DNA of 64,000 nt from the NCBI GenBank assembly GCA_965214835.1, contig CBDCCK010000002.1, positions 2,112,001 to 2,176,000 of the forward strand, given 5' to 3'. Below the pieces are notes generated by a model. That model made no database searches. It saw only the letters and a program-made list of their open reading frames with translations, and had not been told where the DNA came from. Shown here piece by piece: positions 1-8,793 of this stretch (positions are counted from its first letter, which is position 1; each line of letters begins with the position of its first letter). The translations under genes were made by a program, and so were the position numbers. The stretch comes from Nitrosopumilaceae archaeon (lineage in GTDB: Archaea > Thermoproteota > Nitrososphaeria > Nitrososphaerales > Nitrosopumilaceae).

Positions 1-1246
1 CGAGTCCGCAAAGTCAGTCGATTCCGGAAATACCGAGATCTCCAAGCCCGGAGCCATGGTAATTCAGCACGACGACTATAGGATTGCCATAACAAAACCC
101 CCCTTCTCTGAAAAGTTCGAAATCACCATTGTGCACCCGATCGTACAGATGACCCTGGATGATTACTCGATCTCTGAAAAGCTGATGGAGCGCTTTGCCA
201 ACAACGCCGAGGGGATAATCATCTCCGGCGCCCCGGGCTCGGGAAAGTCGACACTGGCATCGGGGCTTGCAAACTTTTACCACAAGCAGGAAAAAATCGT
301 AAAGACGTTTGAATCCCCGAGGGATCTACAGGTGGATCCCGGAATCACGCAGTACACAAAGCTTGACGAAAGCTTTGAGAACTCCGCGGACATCCTGCTG
401 CTGGTCCGGCCCGATTACACCATATTTGACGAGGTCCGAAGGCGCGAGGACTTTGAGGTCTACTCCGATCTGCGCCTGACCGGCGTCGGGATGGTCGGCG
501 TGGTCCACGCAAACTCACCGATTGACGCAATACAGCGCTTTGTTGGAAAAATAGAGCTTGGCATGATCCCAAGCGTTCTTGACACGGTAGTCTTTGTAGA
601 GAACGGCCAGATCATCAAGGTTTACGGCCTCGAGCTGAAGGTCAAGGTTCCTGCCGGAATGGCAGAGCAGGACCTTGCTAGGCCCGTCATTGAGATAACG
701 AACTTTGAGGACGACAATCCCGAGTACGAGATCTATACGTTTGGCGAGGAAAACGTCATCATACCTGTTACAGAGAGAAAAACCAAGGCGGGAATCGAAA
801 AGCTTGCCGAGGACAAGATCCGCGAGATTATGGGAAGGTACGACCAGCGCGCAGAAGTCGAGATACTATCAGAGTCAAGCGTTCGTGTCAAGGTATCCGA
901 TCGAGCAATCCCGGGCATCATCGGCAGGGGGGGCTCCAACATCAGCGAGCTGGAAAAGAGGCTGGGCCTCCACATTGACGTGGTCGCCCGCGACGAGTCA
1001 GAGCCGGCATCCGATTCAGAGCTGCCGTTTGACTATTCCAAGTCAAAGTCGGCGGTGGTTTTCAGTGTTGACAGGAGCCACTCTGGCAAAAAGGCAGACG
1101 TGTTTGTAAGCGACAAGTACGTCACCTCAGTCCGTGTCAGCCGCAAGGGACAGATCAAAATACCCAAGCGCTCCCCAGATGCACGTAAAATTCTGAACTC
1201 GGCCGACTCTCAGGACGACATCCAGATACGCGTCAAAGATTCTTAA
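1..1246 (+). CDS. PINc/VapC-family ATPase with KH domain (PINA-like), 5'-truncated by window
   Basis: Frame open from base 2; Walker A GAPGSGKS, Walker B TIFDE, KH GxxG motif IIGRGG. Confidence 0.85.
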   Translation, partial: ESAKSVDSGNTEISKPGAMVIQHDDYRIAITKPPFSEKFEITIVHPIVQMTLDDYSISEKLMERFANNAEGIIISGAPGSGKSTLASGLANFYHKQEKIVKTFESPRDLQVDPGITQYTKLDESFENSADILLLVRPDYTIFDEVRRREDFEVYSDLRLTGVGMVGVVHANSPIDAIQRFVGKIELGMIPSVLDTVVFVENGQIIKVYGLELKVKVPAGMAEQDLARPVIEITNFEDDNPEYEIYTFGEENVIIPVTERKTKAGIEKLAEDKIREIMGRYDQRAEVEILSESSVRVKVSDRAIPGIIGRGGSNISELEKRLGLHIDVVARDESEPASDSELPFDYSKSKSAVVFSVDRSHSGKKADVFVSDKYVTSVRVSRKGQIKIPKRSPDARKILNSADSQDDIQIRVKDS

Positions 1247-1697
1247 AGCTGTCCAGGATCTTCGGGTTTGCCCTGAGAAACGTGATGAACTTTCTTAGCT
1301 GCCTGATTGTCTTCGGGTTCAGGTGGTGCTCGACTCCCTCTGCATCCTGGTTTGCCGTCTCGCTTCCAACCCCCAGTATCTCAAAGAACTCTAGGAGAAT
1401 TCCGTGCTTTTGCCGTATTCCCTCTGCAATCTGGGATCCCCGTGCAGTCAGGTTTATCCCGTGATACTTTTCATACTCCAAAAACCCGCCATCATCCAGC
1501 CTCTGCAGCATCTTGGTCACGCTGGGGGCGCTGACGTTCATGTACCTTGAGATGTCCAGCGTCGTGGCATATCCCTTCATCTCGACTAGCTCTGCAATGA
1601 CCTCTAGATAGTCCTCCATTCTGGAGCTTGATGCAGGCCTTGCCGACTGGTGCGCCGCCTTGATTGACTCTAGCCTGTCGTGCCTCTTTCCCTTCAA
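1233..1697 (-). CDS. DtxR/MntR metal-dependent transcriptional regulator
   Basis: MEDYLEVI, VSAPSVTKML HTH, DAEGVEHHL metal-binding motif. Confidence 0.9.
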   Translation of the reverse strand: MKGKRHDRLESIKAAHQSARPASSSRMEDYLEVIAELVEMKGYATTLDISRYMNVSAPSVTKMLQRLDDGGFLEYEKYHGINLTARGSQIAEGIRQKHGILLEFFEILGVGSETANQDAEGVEHHLNPKTIRQLRKFITFLRANPKILDSFKNL

Positions 1698-1818
1698 CTA
1701 GTATCTGGGTGTGAATACTCGTATAAATGCTGTCCATGCCGGGTTACGCAAGATTGACCATGGGGTAATCTATGTTGATCCTCGATTTTTAACTATTTTT
1801 CCTTGGATCATAATTACC

Positions 1819-2172
1819 ATGGAAGACCGGTTGGCAGCAAGGCTAGAGAGGATCCGCTCGTTTTCAGAGTCGGCAAAGCGGCGCGCAAGCCTGTATGCTG
1901 ATATCGCAAGAATCGAGGACAAGCACACTGCCCGTTCGCTGGGAAGCGTCCAGCGGGCCTCCGCACCCGGGAAAAAACTGCAGAAGGTAGGCTTTATAAT
2001 GCTGTGGGTTCCCGAGCCTACGATGGTCACCGCGGCAATCGGCGGCCCGATGATCCTGGCAGGAAGGTACCTTGAGAAAAAATACAACAGCTCGACCATC
2101 TCTGATGTGGGCCGCCAGACAAAGACTACCATCTCGTCAATCAACGACTTTAAAGCCGCGATTAACTCTTAG
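1819..2172 (+). CDS. hypothetical protein
   Basis: ORF from ATG 1819 following an AT-rich promoter-like region; short hydrophobic segment. Confidence 0.6.
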   Translation: MEDRLAARLERIRSFSESAKRRASLYADIARIEDKHTARSLGSVQRASAPGKKLQKVGFIMLWVPEPTMVTAAIGGPMILAGRYLEKKYNSSTISDVGRQTKTTISSINDFKAAINS

Positions 2173-2202
2173 TTTTTAAGCGGTTGCCAAGTATGGTGTA
2201 CC

Positions 2203-2694
2203 ATGCCGACACGGGTTCAGGTCATAGCCCCCATTGCAGCAGCTGCGTTCATTGTCGGGATCGTCGGACTGCTGTCCATCCCAAGCGACTCCAAGCTAGA
2301 GTCCGTCGAGTTCCCCCGGGGAACCGTCAAGGTCGACGACCGGGTTCTGGAGGTGCAGATTGCCGACAACGATCCCAGGCGCATCCGCGGACTGATGTTC
2401 CAGGAGCAGCTCCCCTATGATCAGGGGATGCTTTTTGTCTTTGACGAACCCGGGGTCTATTCCCTGTGGATGATCAACATGCAGTTCTCGCTTGACATGA
2501 TCTGGTTTGACGAGGACGGGGAAGTGGTGCACATTGAGACAAATGTCGAGCCGTGCAGGAGCGCGGTGGAAACCATGACCTGCCCCAGCAAGATCCCCTC
2601 CGCACATGCCATCTATGTGCTGGAGGTCACGGCGGGATTCGTGGAGGAATTTGGCATTGACGGCGACTCTAGGCTGGAGATAATCTCAATCTAG
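2203..2694 (+). CDS. DUF192 family protein, N-terminal TM anchor
   Basis: RGLMF..L....GMLFVF, WM.NM.F.LD, YVLEV.AG motifs. Confidence 0.9.
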   Translation: MPTRVQVIAPIAAAAFIVGIVGLLSIPSDSKLESVEFPRGTVKVDDRVLEVQIADNDPRRIRGLMFQEQLPYDQGMLFVFDEPGVYSLWMINMQFSLDMIWFDEDGEVVHIETNVEPCRSAVETMTCPSKIPSAHAIYVLEVTAGFVEEFGIDGDSRLEIISI

Positions 2695-2734
2695 CCTGCA
2701 AAGCCTTATCAGTCGCAAGCCCGACAGCTGCGTT

Positions 2735-3361
2735 ATGGATGTACGGGCCCTGATTGCCGCCGCGGGAGCCGGCGTCGCGATCTCCATTGGAGTCGCTGTC
2801 CTGTCTTTGACATCCGGGCCCGGCGTGGAGTTTGATCCCCTGGACTTTGACTATTCTATGAACTCGCAGATATCAGAGGCCCTTGCAGGCCATGACATCT
2901 CCATGTCCTCGCCTGTCAGGGCATCACAGGCGTTTGCCGTCCAAAAGTACTGCACGTTTTTTGACGATCCCAAAAAGCAGTCCCAGGTGCAGTACTGCAC
3001 CTCCACCGAACTGCTCGACGAAAACGGGCACTTTCTTGGCAACGTACACATGGTGGGCACCCCTGAGAATCCAAAGCTGGTCATAACCATCCTGGAGGCC
3101 TCGTTTGAGGAGATCAGCAGGGTGTCTACCGCCTTTGATGTAGTCATTGACAATACCGTCTGTGAGTGCTGGGAGGATCTCTCCCCAGGAGGATTTCCCT
3201 CCGTCCACGACTGGACAGCTGCCCTCGGGGACTTTCACCGGCAGGCGACCTTCCAGAATACGACCAAGTCGGCGGTGCTGACGCTGGATGGCCTAAAGAT
3301 ACAGTCCGAGGTCACCTCCATCGAGGGCGCATACGTCTGGAAGCTCTTCGTGGCAGGGTAG
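2735..3361 (+). CDS. hypothetical exported/membrane-anchored protein
   Basis: 208-aa ORF, N-terminal hydrophobic helix, paired Cys. Confidence 0.7.
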   Translation: MDVRALIAAAGAGVAISIGVAVLSLTSGPGVEFDPLDFDYSMNSQISEALAGHDISMSSPVRASQAFAVQKYCTFFDDPKKQSQVQYCTSTELLDENGHFLGNVHMVGTPENPKLVITILEASFEEISRVSTAFDVVIDNTVCECWEDLSPGGFPSVHDWTAALGDFHRQATFQNTTKSAVLTLDGLKIQSEVTSIEGAYVWKLFVAG

Positions 3362-3399
3362 ATCAAACACGTAAAATAGATTGCCGGCGTGTATCTGAC

Positions 3400-4158
3400 A
3401 TGTTCGATGGCGTGTGGCTTGTTCCCCTGGGCGTGGCAGCCGGAGTACTGGGCTCGATGATCGGTCTGGGAGGCGGCATTGTCGTGGTTCCGGTTCTGAC
3501 GTTCCTGGGATTCCCGCCCACCGCAGCTGCAAGCAACAGCCTGTTTGCGGCATTTAGCAACGCCGTGGCATCCACCGTTTCATACTCGAGGCAAAGGCGG
3601 ATAGAGTACGGGATCGGCCTGAGGCTGGGATTGCTCAGCATACCGGGAACCGTGCTTGGCGCGCTTGTCTCCGCAGACGTCTCACCCGGGGCCTTTAAGA
3701 TACTGTTTGCACTGGTCCTAGCCGCCTCCGGCATCTACATATTCCTGCGCAAGAGCATGCAGGCCAAGGAAAAAACCGCAGCCCAGGCAGTGCTTGCCCT
3801 GGCAGTCGGCGCCAGCTTTTTTGCGGGGATCATCTCCAGCCTCTTTGGAATAGGAGGGGGGATTGTCTTTGTCCCGCTGATGGTGGTGGCCATGTGCATG
3901 GACATGAGAAGGGCCGCGCCCACATCGCAGTTTGTGCTCCTCTTTGCCTCCTTTTCTGGCCTTGCAGTCCACTCCGCGTTGGGCCACCCTGATTTTTTGC
4001 AGTCCATGTATCTTGCAGCCGGCGCCTTTGTAGGGGGGCTGGTGGGATCCCGCCTGTCTTTGGAGATCAGGGAGGGATATCTCCGGATTCTGGTATCTGC
4101 AGTCCTCTTTGTTGCGGCCGTCAAGATGATCCTGGACTCCTTTGAAGCCATGCTCTGA
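3400..4158 (+). CDS. TauE/SafE (sulfite exporter) family membrane protein
   Basis: Duplicated G(L/I)GGG.V.VP motifs, multiple TM helices; ATG at 3400. Confidence 0.9.
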   Translation: MFDGVWLVPLGVAAGVLGSMIGLGGGIVVVPVLTFLGFPPTAAASNSLFAAFSNAVASTVSYSRQRRIEYGIGLRLGLLSIPGTVLGALVSADVSPGAFKILFALVLAASGIYIFLRKSMQAKEKTAAQAVLALAVGASFFAGIISSLFGIGGGIVFVPLMVVAMCMDMRRAAPTSQFVLLFASFSGLAVHSALGHPDFLQSMYLAAGAFVGGLVGSRLSLEIREGYLRILVSAVLFVAAVKMILDSFEAML

Positions 4159-4202
4159 GCCACGTGATGCTCTTGATTCGGCAGGTGCCCCCGGATATGC
4201 TG

Positions 4203-5978
4203 CTACCTTACCTCGTCAACGCAGAATATGACCTCTGGTGATGCGGCCGCGCCCGGTGATACGAGGAAGTTCAGCGCATTTGCAATCCTGCCGCTGTCCG
4301 GCTCTGCTCCCGTGACGGAGCCCGGCAGAACCGTGAACATCCTGACCCTTGACCTTAGGACGTCGCTGAGCTCCTGGTTGACCGTGGTGGTAAAGGGCCT
4401 CAGGGCCCCCCTGAAGACCTCGACCTGCATTCTTTTCACACCGGGAACCTTTCTTCCCACCGGCAGGCCCGGGCCTATTATTAAAATCGAGCCTGCAGCG
4501 TCCCTGAACCTTCGGGGGTCTTTTCTGCCTCCGGGTACAAAGTGCTCTAGTGCCTCCTGTGCGACCGTTGCAGGCGTCGTAATGAACTTTGCAGTCAGCT
4601 CCTCCCACCCTTCCCTGCTCAGCTCCGTAAGCCTTTCAATGTCTGGCAGGTTACCTGTGACGTGAACCACTGCTAGGATCTCGCCCAACCTTGCCTTTGC
4701 CGTGTCCAGCCATCTTGAGACCTCCTCTGGATTGGCAATATCCACTGCGTGGGAGTGGAACCTTGCACTGATCGAGTCCTGTAGTTTTTGCGGCGTACTG
4801 CTGGAGATAAGGCACGCTACCTTGCCGCCGTTTCTCTCAACATATGTTGCCAGGTGCTCCACTCTTGCGGCATCCGTCTGGTCTGTGGCATCCACCGTGA
4901 ACACGACGGCCTTTCCTGCAAAGTCCACCTGGCCTACGCGTGGCGCTGCGTTTCCAACATGTGCCCTTACCGGATAAAACACCCTGTCCCCGGGAATCAC
5001 CTTTCCGTTTAGGATCGGGGCTAGCCTGTCGTCACACAGATCAAGAACCGTCTCGGCGACGTGATCCTGCTTTAGGAACTCCCGGTCTGCAATCATGTGC
5101 GACGTGTTGCTTTGGATCTTTGCTGCAAGCCTCTGGATTTGCTCTAGCAGCCTTGTGTATGTCCCGGCAAGCTTGTCTGCGTCCCTGCCGCCTGACAGCT
5201 TTTGTGCGGCCCCTGCGACCCCCTCACTGTTTATTCCGTCGGACTCTATGCAGTCGAGCAGATCGTCTCTTGCCTCCTCGACCTGTACGGGTTCTAGATC
5301 CTCAAAGCCTGCGACCCTCATGAACTCGGCGGCAGCCTTTGGATAGACCGTCTTGTAGATCCTGTCTGAGTGAACCGGCCCCGGGTTTGTCGCAATCGAG
5401 ATTACACCCCTCTCTACCAGCTCCCACGACATTGCCTCTGCCAGCCTGTTTTTGGCGCCCTGGGCGGCAGTATACGGGCTTCTGAACCTGTACGGCCTCT
5501 GTTCAAGCGGCTTTTCCTCCGTAAAGAACGTCGAAATCGTAATTATCTTTCCGCCCTCCCTCATTACCCTGAGGCCCTGCACCGAGGTCCAAAACGTACC
5601 TGTCAGGTGAATGCCGACTGTGCCCTTGAACTCATCAAGCGGAGCGTTTGCAAAACATGTCACGGGGCCTGAGACCCCCGCGTTGTTGATTATATAGTCC
5701 ACCGTAGCACCCTCGCTTTTTAGGGCCTCAAACATGCTGTTGATGCTTGGCGCATCGCTTACGTCTACCCCGTCAAATATCCTGACTGTCGCACTGCTTT
5801 GCTTTTCCGCAATGATTCTCTTCAGCATTGCAGCCGTCTGGACAAGCGGCTCCCTTCGCCTGCCTAGGATGACCACGCTGGCCCCGTCCTCGACAAACCT
5901 CCTTGCAATCGTCTGCCCGATTCCCGTTCCACTACCTGTGATCAGTGCAAGCCTGCCTTGAAATTTTAACAACGACAT
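4203..5978 (-). CDS. two-domain SDR oxidoreductase resembling the N-terminal half of bifunctional malonyl-CoA reductase
   Basis: ITGSGTGIG, NNAG, YRFRSPY, PGPVHSDRI; second degenerate SDR domain; ATG at 5978. Confidence 0.8.
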   Translation of the reverse strand: MSLLKFQGRLALITGSGTGIGQTIARRFVEDGASVVILGRRREPLVQTAAMLKRIIAEKQSSATVRIFDGVDVSDAPSINSMFEALKSEGATVDYIINNAGVSGPVTCFANAPLDEFKGTVGIHLTGTFWTSVQGLRVMREGGKIITISTFFTEEKPLEQRPYRFRSPYTAAQGAKNRLAEAMSWELVERGVISIATNPGPVHSDRIYKTVYPKAAAEFMRVAGFEDLEPVQVEEARDDLLDCIESDGINSEGVAGAAQKLSGGRDADKLAGTYTRLLEQIQRLAAKIQSNTSHMIADREFLKQDHVAETVLDLCDDRLAPILNGKVIPGDRVFYPVRAHVGNAAPRVGQVDFAGKAVVFTVDATDQTDAARVEHLATYVERNGGKVACLISSSTPQKLQDSISARFHSHAVDIANPEEVSRWLDTAKARLGEILAVVHVTGNLPDIERLTELSREGWEELTAKFITTPATVAQEALEHFVPGGRKDPRRFRDAAGSILIIGPGLPVGRKVPGVKRMQVEVFRGALRPFTTTVNQELSDVLRSRVRMFTVLPGSVTGAEPDSGRIANALNFLVSPGAAASPEVIFCVDEVR

Positions 5979-6667
5979 GCATGCCAAACCTTTGCGATAT
6001 TTATTTGGATTGATCGGCCCGGGGCTGTCCAAAAAATTTCCCACAGGCTGACACAATCTGCCAGTCTGCCCCCGGATGTGGGCAGTTTCAGACGCAGAAC
6101 GGGACATTTTTGGCCAGCTTTGCACAAAAGGCAACGCAAACACCCGTGCGGATCATTACCTTGCGGCAGTTCTGTGGCCCAACAGTGCGGAGCTTGTGAT
6201 AAGCCATGCCGCAAGGTTGTAGCACAGCATGCAAGCGGACAGCACGCTGTGATGGCCCCGTCCAGCTTTTGCAGGACGAGCCCAGCCTCTTCACTGCTGA
6301 GAACAGGGACTCTGCCTGGCCTCATCCTGTGGTAGGCGCGTCAGAATCCGTCTGGCCTGCCGCGCAGCCACTGCAGCATCTTGGCCCGGGTGCCGAATCC
6401 GCAGCCTGTATACTGGGCGGCAGTCTTTGGCGCATGGGTCATGGCAAACGCGATGATGCACATGAGGGGGATCGCTACCGGGGATCCGCTGATCAACTGG
6501 CAGTGCCTCAGGGACGTACTCAAGCACTGTGCGCCCGGCCATGGGATGCTGCCTGGGCCACAGCCTTTGGTGCCTTCCTGAGTTGCTTCTGGGATGGCTG
6601 CAGGGATACGTGGCCCCATAGCCGCCGCGCCGAATATGTTTATTTGTGGGTGTAATTTCTAAAAACC

Positions 6668-6904
6668 ATGCATGACGCAGAACCCGACACGTTTGACCTG
6701 AAATCGATTCCCGAGGCCTACTCTGAGCTTCTAGCTGCTATAGGCATCGACTCTGCTGCCAAGGAGGTTGGCACCGACGATGTAGAGCACGGGGACTATT
6801 ACAGCAGGTATTTCTCCCAGTCCCCCCGGATGATTACCAACAAGGGATGTGTTGAGATCTCCGACTCGAACATCGACGTCGTTCAAATCATCCAAAAGGG
6901 GTAA
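6668..6904 (+). CDS. hypothetical protein
   Basis: 78-aa ORF; in frame with the next ORF. Confidence 0.65.
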   Translation: MHDAEPDTFDLKSIPEAYSELLAAIGIDSAAKEVGTDDVEHGDYYSRYFSQSPRMITNKGCVEISDSNIDVVQIIQKG

Positions 6905-6907
6905 AAG

Positions 6908-7282
6908 ATGCAGGATCCGAATCCACTCCCATGGGGCGCCTTGGACAGGTTCCAGGCGCACTTTATCGTCCGCAAGGATATCACCTCTGACGTCCTAGAT
7001 TACACTGCAAGGGCAGTCCTTGCGACCCGGGGCCGCTTTGGCGCAAAGGAGGTCGTATCTGTCAGCTGGAACGGCGGTAGGCTGGCATCCATACTGAATG
7101 ACGACTCTGCATTAAACGAGATGGTCTCACAGCAGCCTGTGGGGGACGCAAGCATCATCGTAGAGCCGACCGAAAACGCCGTAAGGATTCACAGCAGGTG
7201 GCAAAACAGGCATGATCTTGGGATCTCAAAGGAGATGTTTGAGGTCTACGACAGGATTGCCGGCCATGTTAAGGGACTCTAG
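6908..7282 (+). CDS. hypothetical protein
   Basis: 124-aa ORF. Confidence 0.7.
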   Translation: MQDPNPLPWGALDRFQAHFIVRKDITSDVLDYTARAVLATRGRFGAKEVVSVSWNGGRLASILNDDSALNEMVSQQPVGDASIIVEPTENAVRIHSRWQNRHDLGISKEMFEVYDRIAGHVKGL

Positions 7283-7812
7283 GCCTTCCACCAGTCCAGC
7301 GCAAGAAAGCCCACGCCCTTGGCCCTGGGTATGGCCAAAATGAACTGCTTTCTTACCGTCGTTGCAAGCCTTCCTGCCAGGACCACCCCAGTCGTTGTAA
7401 TGGAATCCCTTGGGCTGTATACTTGCACCAAATATGGCGCATGATCCACTCCGGGACCCCTTTCGTATACTGCAAAATCACAGCCAAACTTTATTCCCGG
7501 ATTTACAATGTATCCCCTGTCTCTAAAGCTCTTGTATACCTGGTACTTTCTGTCAAAGTCATGGTACTCTTGGCCGCAGATCCTGCCCATTTTGGCAGCT
7601 GACACCCTAGTCTTTGCAGACGTGATTTTTAGCCTCCCCTTCTCTAGCAGGTAATACCCCTCAATCAAGTCCAAGATCAGCGGAACGTCAATCTCCTCGG
7701 GCCTCGGCTTTGGAATCCCAATCGGCTTTCCATAGTATCCGTCAGAGAACAGCCTTCTAGAGTCGTCTATGTCCCACACTACAATCCTGTTGTCTATCAG
7801 CTCTGCCTTCAC
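7279..7812 (-). CDS. endA: tRNA-intron endonuclease
   Basis: GIKFGCDFAVY, HAPYLV, RLATTVRK catalytic Y/H/K. Confidence 0.92.
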   Translation of the reverse strand: MKAELIDNRIVVWDIDDSRRLFSDGYYGKPIGIPKPRPEEIDVPLILDLIEGYYLLEKGRLKITSAKTRVSAAKMGRICGQEYHDFDRKYQVYKSFRDRGYIVNPGIKFGCDFAVYERGPGVDHAPYLVQVYSPRDSITTTGVVLAGRLATTVRKQFILAIPRAKGVGFLALDWWKA

Positions 7813-7968
7813 AGGGAACCTGCAGCTTGCGAGCTATATGACAGTAGTCCTTGCACCGCGGCAGGCCCGCCTGTCCTGCATGCTGTGACTGCCTCATGCG
7901 GGACGGGATTGCCTGCAGAGGGCAAGGTCCCGACCGAAAACCTGCAAGGAAGAGCCGCCTGTCCTGTC

Positions 7969-8622
7969 CTAGAGGCTCAGTGCAAGCAGGATGAACGAGT
8001 CAGAGACCCTCTGACACTTGTCTGCCATCTCCTCGATTCCCTCGATGACGTCCTTCATCAAAAGCAGCTCCTTTGTATTTGAAACCTCGCCTAGCAGCTT
8101 GAGCGTGGCCTGCCTGTACTTGTTGTCTATCTCCCTCTCGATCTTTTGCGTCTCCTGGGCAAGCTCGATGGCACTTGCCGCGTTGTTGTTCAGGTTCCTG
8201 ATGATCTCGTTTAGCTTGTACACCTCGTCTACGACCAACTCGATTAGCTCCGTGACCTCCTTGTCCAGCTTTGAGTTCTTTAGCGTCGTGGCCTTTACGT
8301 TTGACAGCTTGAACGAAATCCCTGTGATGTACCCTGCAATCTCGTCCATCGTGTAGGCGGTGTTTAGAAGGTTTTCCCTGTTCATGATCAGCCCGCCAAC
8401 GTCGGCAACCTCCCTTGTAATTTTCCGTCGCAGCGTCTCGACCTCCTCCTCAATGCTGGAGATCTGCTCTAGCGCGTTCTTTACGCCGGACTTGTCTTTG
8501 GCAACCATCAGGCCTGGCAGCGTGGCAAGCTCCCTTGCCGCGTTTAGAATTCTGTTGATTTCGTCTTGAAGAACCGCAATCGCCTTTCTCTTAGCTTGAA
8601 CTTCAAGCTCGCCGCTATACAT
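7969..8622 (-). CDS. DUF47/PhoU-like phosphate transport regulator
   Basis: Helical acidic protein, IEREID and IEEMADKC; start MYSGE at 8622. Confidence 0.8.
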   Translation of the reverse strand: MYSGELEVQAKRKAIAVLQDEINRILNAARELATLPGLMVAKDKSGVKNALEQISSIEEEVETLRRKITREVADVGGLIMNRENLLNTAYTMDEIAGYITGISFKLSNVKATTLKNSKLDKEVTELIELVVDEVYKLNEIIRNLNNNAASAIELAQETQKIEREIDNKYRQATLKLLGEVSNTKELLLMKDVIEGIEEMADKCQRVSDSFILLALSL

Positions 8623-8670
8623 GCTGAAAACTAGGAATTTCGCAACTCTAATTAAATCCTCTGATATCAC

Positions 8671-8787
8671 CCGTCTTCCCAAATGCAGCTGACTCATGGC
8701 AGAGTAGGCAGCCGTATGCGGATCTGCAGGCGGCCTAGCTTTAGCTGTCAATCTTAATCGCTTTATGGGGAACTTTTGAAAAGACTG
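8671..8787. mobile_element. MITE family C (TIR approx. CAGTCTTCCCAGAAGT), copy 1
   Basis: Ends CCGTCTTCCCAAATG / ACTTTTGAAAAGACTG; internal GACTCATGG and GCGGATCTGCAGGC shared with copies at 25440-25549 and 42976-43082. Confidence 0.7.
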
Positions 8788-8793
8788 ATCCTG

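Noticed and set aside
6050-6620. Cys-rich overlapping ORFs between the SDR and 6668
   Set aside because: No coherent frame or motif; possibly a decayed zinc-ribbon gene but not supportable.
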